Assembly: GCF_006345805.1 (NCBI RefSeq)
Contig: NC_043008.1
Coordinates: 62,310,001 to 62,374,000, forward strand
Origin: Octopus sinensis
Taxonomy: Eukaryota
Length of the DNA stretch: 64,000 nucleotides
Direction: 5' to 3'
Shown: one piece after another, positions 1 to 12,725 of the stretch
How the letters are laid out: each line of letters starts with the position of its first letter
Numbering within the stretch: position 1 is the stretch's first letter
The notes under the pieces: generated by a model
What the model saw: the letters and a program-made list of their open reading frames with translations, nothing else
The model's database searches: none
What the model was told of the DNA's origin: nothing
Translations under genes and position numbers: made by a program

Positions 1-244
1 TTGCATAAGACAGCCTGATGTTCTCTCATGCAAAACCTCCTTGCTCCTTAAAGAGTGCATTTTCAAATTAAAATCTGTTGTAATTTTATATAAGACACTT
101 TTGTGAATCTACATTCTGAACTGCTGGTTAGTAATAACAAAGCTATTTTATTAAATCATATCTCTCCACAATCGTGATTATTTTCAAAATAATTAAAACA
201 GGCAGTGTATGTTTAGTTTGAAACATGGTTGTGAAATTTGAAGG

Positions 245-390
245 AAAATATTGGTTTCAAATTATGGCACAAGGCCAGCAATTTTGAGGAAGGATTTAAG
301 TCAACCCCAGTGCTCAACTGGTACTCATTTTATCAACCCTGAAAGAATGAAGTGTGAAGTCAACCCTGGCAGCATTTGAACCCAACAAGG
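245..390 (-). mobile_element. SINE family A copy (tail type 3, ...TTGTGCCATAATTTGAAACCAATA)
   Basis: Reverse complement matches the family A body seen at 34098-35231, 35666-35868 and 56692-57112. Confidence 0.75.
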
Positions 391-679
391 TATAATCCTC
401 AACAGGGAGGAGATTTCTGGGGCTGCTCATGAAAAAATCCAATAGAAACCATTGGTGTCCTGACTTTTGGGGTAGGTGCCTTTTCTCTTTTCCTTTTCCC
501 AATTACAGACATATGCTCAAGGAAGGCCTGTTCACTTGCACCATTTTTGCCACTTTCATCTGCCTTTCAGCAAACTGACAAAAAGGCAACACTTCTGACT
601 CTACTCTTATCTTCCTCTAAAAGTGAAATATAAAAAGTTGATCAGGAATAATAATAATAACAACAACAACAACAATAAT

Positions 680-923
680 GGAATAGTGCTCATGGGAACT
701 GCTCATATCCTACGCAAAATACTTTCTATGTAATCTCAAGTTTTACTACAAACATAATTTTCTTATGGTTTCTTTAACATTCTCTAGAACAACACTATGT
801 ACAAAACCAAATATATGGCACCCTAGGCATAACACCAACATGAACTTCCAACTTGTTGTCTCTTGAGGTCTCTGGGTGAGACTTGGAGCCAACTTGTACA
901 AATGTAAAGCAAAAGTCAAACAA

Positions 924-925
<2 letters not shown>
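680..925 (+). mobile_element. 3' end of an R4/Dong-like RLE non-LTR retrotransposon
   Basis: 683-733 reads IVLMGTAHILRKILSM*, the typical R4-clade C-terminus. A presumed 3' UTR follows, and (AAT/AAC)n flanks both sides. Confidence 0.7.
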
Positions 926-954
<29 letters not shown>

Positions 955-1299
955 ATAATAATTTCTGTGCACTTAATAAAATCTACCAACCCCCAAAATG
1001 AAGAACTTGAAGTCTCATTTACAAAGCAAAATCTGAACTAAGTATTTATACAAGTGAAAGCAAGTACCGCAAAACATTTGATCCAACGTATTAAAAATCC
1101 TGTTAGTATTAGAAAACTGGAAAAAATCCAACCTTCATAAAAAAAAACTTAAGTTTAGGAAAGTATCAAAATCTTTGAAAATGACATCAAAACCAGACTC
1201 TTGCCAGCATGAAATGGATTAGAACATTTCAGAAATTAAAATTGAAAGGGTTAAAATAAGGTTATACACAGTTTACAGGGTAATGGAAACCAATTTTGT

Positions 1300-1481
1300 G
1301 TGAAAGTGTTTGTGTATATCAATATGTGTGTATATATATATATATGTACATATATATATACATACATGCATATATATATATACACATGTATATATACAAA
1401 TATATATATATATATGTACATATATATATACATACATGCATATATATATATACACATGTATATATACAAATATATATATAT

Positions 1482-1524
<43 letters not shown>

Positions 1525-1612
1525 ACACACACATATATGTAAATATTTATATATATATGTACATATATATATACATACATGCATATATATATATACACAT
1601 GTATATATACAA

Positions 1613-1672
<60 letters not shown>

Positions 1673-1690
1673 ATATCTGTCTATCTATCT
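1300..1690. repeat. (TA)n/(TG)n compound microsatellite with ~70-bp higher-order unit
   Basis: The unit TATGTACATATATATATACATACATGCATATATATATATACACATGTATATATACAAA occurs three times. Confidence 0.9.
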
Positions 1691-2619
1691 GGCTATACTT
1701 ATTTATTTATAAGGACACATCGTTTTTTACAACGAAAATGTAGCCAAGTACAGATATAATTTTATCTATTAACACTAGTTATATAACTAAATGTATTATA
1801 CTTAGAATTACAACTGCAATATTTTTCGTTCTTTGCATTGTTTTATATTTATTCATGTCCATTAATAATATAAATCTAAACAAAAAATTTCATTATAAAG
1901 TCGTCACTTTTTTCTTGAACTTTGATAAAAATTTAAAATATGTAATAGTTGTACATACAAATATCAAAAACAATGATACAAATTGGATGAAATACTACAA
2001 GAAAATATAGAAAATAAGCAACTGTGGATAATTAGTTTTTGCATGAATTTAATAATCTGCTGCAGTTTTTGTTTATTTATTCAGTTCTTTTTCCTGAACA
2101 TTGAGTAGAAATTACAGAGATGTACTTGCATAGCGAGAGATGCAGCACGGAATTTTGTCAGTGAACAGGTCGTGGTCTCAAAGCGACGAAAATATTTTGA
2201 CAAATTAAATTTAAATGTTGAAGTGAATCTAACGGTTTTTGTGTGTTTCTTAAATTGCTTATAAACACCTTCCATGCTGCAACTGTTGTTGTATTGAGTA
2301 GAAAGTTTTTGTAAAAATGTTCTTCAGTGAAAGCCTGTGCAGATTTTTATGAAAGGTTGATAAAAACTGGTGTACACCAATGATGTTTGGCCTGCATAAT
2401 ATCAGCACCATATGCTAGTAACATTTCATCCGCAAGATGAGAAAACGAATGTCTAGCAATGGTTCTGAGGGATTTAGAAATGTTACTGTTCTTAAACAAA
2501 TGGTAAGTAAATCATAAGAAAATATGGAAACAAAAACTTCATATAAAAAAATAAAACTAGAACGCAAATGCATTTTCAATACAAGACAGCTGTTCTGCAT
2601 TTAAACAATGTGTGTATGA

Positions 2620-4295
<1,676 letters not shown>

Positions 4296-5208
4296 ATATG
4301 TTTATCGTGTGGCTTATGCCTTGTGCTTATAGAACGATCTTAGAAAAATATTTCCACTTACTATTCCTGCAATCTCCATTTTACCAAATGCCCGGCATTC
4401 ACACCATTACCTATTAATCAATATTCTAAACCCTTTTGCTTTTTTTTCTATTCAGTGCTAATATTTCATTTCTGACAGCTTATTCCCTTCACTTGAATAT
4501 TCCAATCTTACAGCATAATGCCAATATTTGGATGTTTTTCCCTATTTGTACTTTCTTCACAGATATTCACAGAGCTTTATACATATTGCATTGGTATTAA
4601 AGTTGCCACAAAGCATTCTTTATATTGATAGAATTATCTATCCTAATTTGTCGATCACCTGATTGAATAACGAATTCTTTCATATATTTCTCTGATTTCC
4701 TTTGCTAGTTTTCTTTTTCACTATACACAAACACACTGATATATATATTTGTGCATACATACATATACATATATATGTATATATGTATATTCCTTTCTCC
4801 ATTAATCTATTTTAAATCCCACCAAATTTGCTGTGCAATTCTTACTGAATATTATTTTACATAATAGCACCTCTAGTAATCTTCCTTACATTTGCCCTTT
4901 TGCTTGCCATCTTATCGATGCAATATAATTCTTCATAATTCCACTTCCAATAAATGTGCTGAATTTAAGAAAAGGAGAAATTTATCCTCACAGGAATGAA
5001 ATGTGAGATATTTTACATCTGTCTTCATAATTGTTCTATTTAGTTTAGGTTTTCTAACGAATTTCCTTATTGCTTTGAGTCAAAGAACTCTGGTTTGTAA
5101 GATACAGATAGGCATTTAGTTGATGTATGCAATTCCTTAACTGAGCTTGTTCGACTGTGGGATTACATAGAGAATGATGTGTTGTGTTTATACATTGATA
5201 TATATGAT

Positions 5209-5289
<81 letters not shown>

Positions 5290-5460
5290 GTGTGTGTGTG
5301 TGTGTGTATCTGTGTATATGTACCTCATGCATTAATTTCTGTATCTCTTCTCCAAATATTCAGATTTGATTTGTCTCAAGTGGTTGCTAACACTTTTAGA
5401 AAATATACAAACTGAAAGGCCTCATATCCTTGTTTCAAATCTCAGGTGTTTCTATTCATA

Positions 5461-5815
5461 TAATAATAATAATGAAATTATTGTATACAGTGCTCAGGTA
5501 CACCACAACTTGTCAAAAGTGCATATAAAGCATATGCAGTAATGTACAAATGTCTGGGAAGTGAACAGTGTATGAGTCAGATACATGCTTGTGTGTGTAT
5601 GGAGGGGAGAAAATCAGGTGTAGTGTTGGCGAATCTCAGGAAGCATGGAAGTTTTGAAGGATGCAGTGCTCCGACAACTAACAAGTGAAGCTGGCAGTTC
5701 GTTCCACGCTTCAGCAATTCTTAGCGTGAAAAAATGTTTCCAAAATTCATGGGAGCTGTGCTGTTTTCTGACTTTGTAAACATGTCCACGGGTGTTAGAC
5801 AGATACATTACAGTT
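5461..5815 (-). mobile_element. CR1-type LINE 3' end
   Basis: Minus strand NTRGHVYKVRKQ...KHFFTLRIAEAWNELPASLVSCRSTASFK matches the CR1/L2 ORF2 C-terminus; (ATT)n tail. Confidence 0.85.
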
Positions 5816-5984
5816 TTTCATAGAAAGGAGAGTTTTGGAGACTGTATTTACTTACACATGTCTTACAAATTCTTTCATACTATCAGAATTTTGTCTTAAA
5901 TGTAATATTTCTCTAATACTCGTTTCATTATTCTTGACTCAATAACATTCCTTTCCAGCCGATTCCTCTTTATATATACATTCT

Positions 5985-6279
5985 TTTATTCTTATATTCT
6001 TTTACTTGATTCAGTCATTTGACTGCAGCCATGCTGGAGCACTGCTTTGAAGGGTTTTAGTCAAGCAAATTGACCCCAGGTTTTAGTTTTTAAAGCCTAG
6101 TACTTATTCTATCGGTCACTTTTGCCAAGCTGCTAAGTTACAGGGATGTAAACACACCAACACCGGTTGTCAAGCAGTGAGGGAAGGGGACAAATATAGA
6201 CACAAAGACACACATAAACATAGATACACACACACAAACACATATTCATACATACATACATACATACATACATTCATAA

Positions 6280-6320
<41 letters not shown>

Positions 6321-6480
6321 ACAGGCTTCTTTCAGTTTCCATCTACCAAATCCACTCACCAGGCTTTGGTCAGCCTGAGGCTTTAATAGAAGATGCTTGC
6401 CCAAGGAGTGATTAAACCTAGTGGGACTAAACACAGAGCCATGTGGTTGGTAAGCAAGGTTCTTACAACACAGCCACACA
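5985..6480 (-). mobile_element. SINE family B (tRNA-like head, CORE-like segment, internal TA/TG microsatellite, AAAAGAGT-type tail)
   Basis: Matches the copies at 39210-40080, 45167-45640, 52638-53065 and 54436-54845. Confidence 0.85.
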
Positions 6481-6943
6481 TGTATATATATAATTGTCTT
6501 TATGGAACTGTTCATCTCAAAGCATATAAAGCTATAATTAATAGCATGTAAATGTTGAGCTGGAAAACATTTCTGGATAGAAAACTTGAAGGCATCCTGT
6601 GGTGGAACAGCTATTGGGATCATAGAAGCTGTTGGTCCATGTCCTAGAGACAGCCTTCAAAGTTTATAGTATTTTTCAACTGACTATTTCTATGCCATTA
6701 CTTGTAGCATTGTATTTGCTGTGAGATTCACTCTTCCAAAAACGAAATATTTCATGTTCTCTCGAAAGATTATAAAATTCATATAACATTAACTTTATCT
6801 CTCTCTTCCCCTCTCTGTCTCTCTGTCTGTCTCTGTCTCTGTCTCTCTCTCTCATTCTGTTTCTATCTCTCTGTCAATCTCTTTTATTCTATAGAATAAA
6901 ATAAAGAATAATTTTGTTTTATGTATCATTTTATTCTTCAGCC

Positions 6944-7503
6944 TTTACTCTATTACTTGTTTCAGTCATTTGACTGTGGCCATGCTGGAGCACCGACTTT
7001 AGTTGAGCAAATCGATCCCAGGACTTATTCTTTGGAAGCCTAGTACTTATTCTATCGGTCTCTTTTGCCAAACCGCTAAGTGACAGGGACGTAAACACAC
7101 CAGCATTGGTTGTCAAGCGATGTTAGAGGACAAACACAGACACACAAACATATGCACACACATACATATATATATATATACATATATACAATGGGCTTCT
7201 TTCAGTTTCTGTCTACCAAATCCACTTACAAGGCTTTGGTTGGCCCGAGGCTATAGTGTCACAATGTGTATAAATATATGTATGTGTGTGTATATGTTTG
7301 TGTGTCTGTGTTTGTCCCCTAAACATCGCTTGACAACCGATGCTGGTGTGTTTACGTCCCTGTAACTTAGCAGTTTGGCAAAATAGACCAATAGAATAAG
7401 TACTAGGCTTTCAAACAATAAGTCCTAGGGTTGATTTGCTTGATTAAAAAGGCAGTGCTCCAGTATGGCTGCAGTCACATGACTGAAACAAGTAAAAGAG
7501 TAA
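6944..7503. mobile_element. Inverted pair of SINE B 3' halves
   Basis: About 6944-7190 is the reverse complement of about 7270-7503. Confidence 0.85.
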
Positions 7504-7951
7504 CTAGATAAATAGATTGATTGATAGACAGACAGACAGACAGATTGATAGATAGATTGACAGACAAACAGATAGACACTTATACATATACACATGACAT
7601 ATGCATATATAATTTTGTAAGTTCTAATCCCTCTGTACATCTGAAAATATAACTAGATCCCTGCCCCAACAAAATTTTATGCAATATGTAGCTGATTCAG
7701 CCTATTTCTCCCACATTTCTGGCATTGTTCCTAACCTAAATATCATCCTCATCAATTTTTTGCAAAAAATGGTAAATGTGTAGTGAGGCTGATCTATTTA
7801 ATTCCACTGACAATGAACATTTCTAATTCCATCGGAGAAATTACTAGGATACTAACCTTAGTGCTGTAAGGCACATCCTATCATTGTTCCAATGCTCTGA
7901 TTTTCCCTACAATATTATTTCCTTTTAAGGAAATATTCATTATATATATAT

Positions 7952-8035
<84 letters not shown>

Positions 8036-8416
8036 TTATGTATATGGATGTATACTTATATATATATATATATGTATGTATATATATATGTATATATATA
8101 TGTATATATATGTGTATATATATACATATGTATATATATGTATATATGTATATATATTATATATATTGCATTTTTTTTTATATTTTACACTTTTCCTCAT
8201 TTATGTAGAGCTTCTTTCCTCTTCTTCGCTTCATATAAATTTCCAGCTGTTTTGTAACTTAACATGGTAATGTTTCTTGCCTTGGAGGCCTCTGATGGTG
8301 GCAGAAAGGAAATAGTAGAACACGTTTGCAGTGGAGTGTGTACAGACTGTTCTTCATCTGTATACCTAAATTGTTTTCTATTTGTGTGTCTCTGTCTCTC
8401 TCTCTTCACTCATATA

Positions 8417-9152
8417 TTGGGTCATCCCATAAATAATGCGGTTTTTCTAATCACATGAACTAAAAGTCAGAGGGAGACAGAATATACTACCTGCATCAAC
8501 TTGCTATAAAAGTAAATAATAATTTTACCTTGGGTCTTATTCTTAGTGTGAGTTTTGAAGAGTGCAGTTCGATTTTAACAGTTATTTTTTCAAAGCTATA
8601 ATGGAAGTTTGACAAAGGAGCAAATTAAGCATATTTTAGTTTATGAGTTCAATAAAGGTAATAACGTAACGGAAAGTGCGAGGAATATTAATGCAGTATA
8701 TGGGGATTGGACAATAAGTGTAAGCCAGTGCCAATGGTGGTTCCAGAAATTCCAAGCCAGAAACTACAGCCTAGAAGATGAGCCTCATCCGGGAAGATGT
8801 GTAGAGCTTGACAAGGATATCTTGCAAACCTTGGTGGAACAAAATCTCATTCATAATTGTTGAGGAACTAGCAGAGAAGCTTGGATTTGGTCATTCAACC
8901 AGTCATTCAAGTCAGTGCACGTAGGAAAATGACCATGTTGGGTTTCAAGACAAAAGGTGTTCTTCCATCAAGATAATGCTCGACCACATACAGCGAGGAT
9001 GATATTCCAAAGGCTGGAGCAGTTTGAATGGGAAATGATGCCCCACCTGTCATATCCACCATCTGATTATCATTTTTTCTACAGTCTTCTATTGCTTTTT
9101 CTTTTTAAAATATTGTGTAATGAAATCAGTTTATTCTTTTTGAATAACCCTG
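8417..9152 (+). mobile_element. Internally deleted mariner transposon relic
   Basis: N-terminal HTH (KEQIKHILVYEFNKG...WFQKF...LEDEPHPGR), HQDNARPH and a degenerate PPSDYHFF. The central region is missing; TA at both ends. Confidence 0.85.
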
Positions 9153-9279
9153 TATATATCGCACCTCATTAATAACCCTCACTATTACTCACCCAACACA
9201 TCTCTTATATCTATTACTTGGTCTCTGCACCTCTCTCTCTTGCTATCACCCATCTTTGTTAAGTTCCTCCGTCCATCTT

Positions 9280-9283
9280 TCTG

Positions 9284-9324
<41 letters not shown>

Positions 9325-9467
9325 ATATCCATCTATCTATCTATCTATCTAACTATCTTTCTATCTATCTATCTATCTATCTATATATATATATATATCT
9401 ATCTATCTATATATCCATCTATCTATCTATCTATCTATCTAACTATCCATCTATCTATCCATCTATC

Positions 9468-9529
<62 letters not shown>

Positions 9530-9551
9530 ACTATCCATCTGTCTGTCTATC

Positions 9552-9582
<31 letters not shown>

Positions 9583-9635
9583 CTATCTGTCTATCGATCT
9601 ATCTATCTAACTATCTCTCAATTTATCTATCTATT
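9280..9635. repeat. (TATC)n microsatellite
   Basis: Seen directly. Confidence 0.95.
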
Positions 9636-10218
9636 TAAGGATCCACATTCAAACACAAACAGTTATTACACAGAAATATATTTATAAGAAAGCATGTACA
9701 TTTTCATAGTTAAGTATATATTCATTGTTTAAAACACATCAATTGCCATCAATGCATAGATATGAATATTGTTAATGTTGCTATGAAATCCTCAAAACCA
9801 TTAACTTGTGTTTATGCCAATATGTGGAACATTTGGAAAACTGTTGGTAATATCTTAAAACTATGTGTAGCATAGAAATAACAACTTACCGAAATCATTT
9901 AAATAAATTGAAGTGTCTTCAATTACTGCAAATGGTACTTAGATCAATTTATGTAATCATATATCTGATTGTTTTCCTTGAAATTAAAAATACATGAAGC
10001 ACACTTTCAATTGAATAAATATCAATTCCTGTTTAGAAATAGTGTCTTTTTTATTGCGGGGGTGGGGTGGGGAGGGGTGTGGGTAAAATATTCTTTAGCT
10101 GACTAATAATTGTATTTCTCTTTTTCTGTGTATTTTGTTTTCATCTCTTCCTCTTAATTTTAGGCAAGTGAGCCCAGTATTATAGCATGTTCAATATGAC
10201 TGTCTGTATGTCTATCTC

Positions 10219-10283
<65 letters not shown>

Positions 10284-10333
10284 TATCTATTTACCTACCT
10301 ATCTATATTTCTATCTATCTACATATACATCTA

Positions 10334-10440
10334 TTTTTTAATTTTTATTTTTATTTTCCTTTTTTTATCCCCCAAAAGAAAAGCTCTACTTTGTAATTTG
10401 TCCCCTCTGTGTTCAGCCCTGTGTGGCTAATAAAGAAACA
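10334..10440 (+). mobile_element. 5'-truncated 3' end of the Tx1-clade LINE
   Basis: CAAAAGAAAAGCTCTAC...AGCCCTGTGTGGCTAATAAAGAAACA nearly matches 16484-16551; (TATC)n lies on both sides. Confidence 0.9.
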
Positions 10441-10471
<31 letters not shown>

Positions 10472-10698
10472 ATCTCTATCACAATGGACGGACGCTAGTC
10501 ATATCGGCTCCAAGTAAGTTGGCCACTTTTACATGTTTAAAACTCCTTGTTGTCAAATATTTTGTTTTAATCGTTGTGCAAATTCATTCACTAAAAAACC
10601 TGAGAATTATTCACGTAGAATTCCGCCCCTGTATGGGCGAAATTACAAAAAAACTTTCAAAACTTTCGTGGGTTTTTTAGCCATTTTTCATTTTGAAA

Positions 10699-12725
10699 AT
10701 GGCAACTAAAACCACGTGGCTAGCCCGCCAGTCATGCAGAACGGTAGCAAAACACTACTATTGCTACCACTAGCTGCTAAACATCGCAGCGTGAACACCG
10801 CTGTCACCACCATCACCACCACCACACAACAACACAACAAATCTAACGTCGCATTCACCATCGCCGCGACCAAAGACATTAACTTAGATTTCCCCTCACT
10901 CCCCCACCACTTGTTGATGATAAAGGGACAGAGAAGGGATTTCAAAAATGAATACAAACGAAAACATGAATGCCAGCACCACCACCATCACCACCAACAA
11001 CAACAACAACGAAATTGGCACAAAGCCGCCTACCAAAGACAACACCGCCACACCAACACCACACACTACTACGACGTCAAATGCTACATCCCAGCCTTCT
11101 GCTGCTAATACCGCCAACACCAACACCACTACCATGACTTCAATTAACACTGCCACAATTAACACTTCTACTGCCAAATTCAAAACGAATTTTGCGGACG
11201 TAACAAAACAAAAAAGAACAATTGTAACATTCACCACACAGAGATAAACCGCACAAAGGCACTCTTCTCCAAAGAAGGAGACAAATTGCACCTTCATATT
11301 CCACAACACATCGTGGAAAACACGCAAAAAAAACAATAATTTATAAAGTAATAAACAAAAAAACAAGAAGAACAGAAATGCACCGCAGGAAAAAATCGAT
11401 AAATGCCTTCGTCCTGTATGGGACTCCAAGGAATATATCAGTTGGGGAAACAAATTTGGTACAGTCCAAGTACGTTTCCTCAACGAAAGTTTAGCAAAAC
11501 GTTTTTTCCACATTGGAACTACATCGGACGACTTGGTAATGATACCAGTCTATTTAAACAAAAGGGTCACGAAAGTCCAAATAAAAAACATACCATTTGA
11601 TGTCGAAACACAATGGGTGGTCTCTGCCATCTGCTTTGAAATGTCAGAGACAATGTCAGAGACAAACATCCTGGAAATCGCGGTTCTAGGAGAGAAAGAC
11701 TATGTGGGCAATCAATCGAATTCCTGCTTCAATTGGATGAAGCAGCAAGAGAGAAGATACCCACCGCTATAGAACTGCCAGGAGGCTACAAACTCTATAT
11801 AGTGGTAGAGGGCAGGCGACCACGCTGCTATTTGTGTGGAAGCGAAACACACTTGAAAAAGACGTGCCCAACCACTGCACACCAGAGCAACAACAACAAC
11901 CACTACCACAACCAAAGCACTCCGGAAAAAAAGCTCTACTACCCACCACCACCATCAACACAGAAGACGACAAGAGAAGCACACCAAGCTAATCCGTCAT
12001 CAACCAAAAACCACTCGACACCTGGAAAATACCAACACTACCATCAACAGCAAACCCAAAGGAACAGAAAACAAAGAAAACACACACAAACTGATCCCCC
12101 ATCCCTTATACCGCACTCAACACACACAAACACTCAACAACCAACAACAACGAAAAACAACACAACCACTTACACAGACATACATAGAAGCCCACAACAT
12201 ACCCCTACCCCCTTCTGATTCCTCAGAATTTCGTCGGAAGACGAAACCAGTGAGGAATGGCAAATAGCTACAAAAAGAAGGAAAATAAAGAGCAGAAACA
12301 CAACCAAACCAAATGCAAACACGAACAAAGCAGGGGAAATACATCTCCCGAAGACATTTCAAAACCCAACGCAAACACAAGCCACACCAACACCACAAAA
12401 ACATATACAGCAACATGCTCACAGCCATAGACACCAAAAACACAAATTTGATGGAATACATCCAATCAAAAACAAACATAACAGAAGATGACATAAAAAA
12501 AACAACCACCCATACACAACACCACCAGACCACATCAAAATAATACACATCTCCAAAAGTCTGCACCACACACTCAAAGGCATTTTCCCCAGTGCGGTTG
12601 GTAATGCCAAAAATATCTCACAAAGAAACTGTACTGGGATCTTCTCGAGGACAAACCAACGGAGGAGAAAGCAAAACTTTCGAGCAGTAAGTAACCCTCT
12701 GTATTCTAATTCATTAGAACTATGA
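10699..12725 (+). pseudogene. Tx1 ORF1 (gag-like), frameshifted in this sequence
   Basis: KVTKVQIKNIPFDV and KIPTAIELPGGYKLYIVVEGRRPRCYLCGSETHLKKTCP (CX2CX4HX4C, 11826-11867). The stop TGA (12723-12725) overlaps the ORF2 ATG. Confidence 0.75.

Noticed and set aside
2085-2500. Minus-strand ankyrin-like (LLAYGADI...TPV) and SOCS-like (SLQHL) motifs
   Set aside because: Separated by an in-frame stop, key consensus residues are missing, and there is no clear splice support.
9240-9687. LSIY/YLSI-repeat ORFs
   Set aside because: (TATC)n translation.
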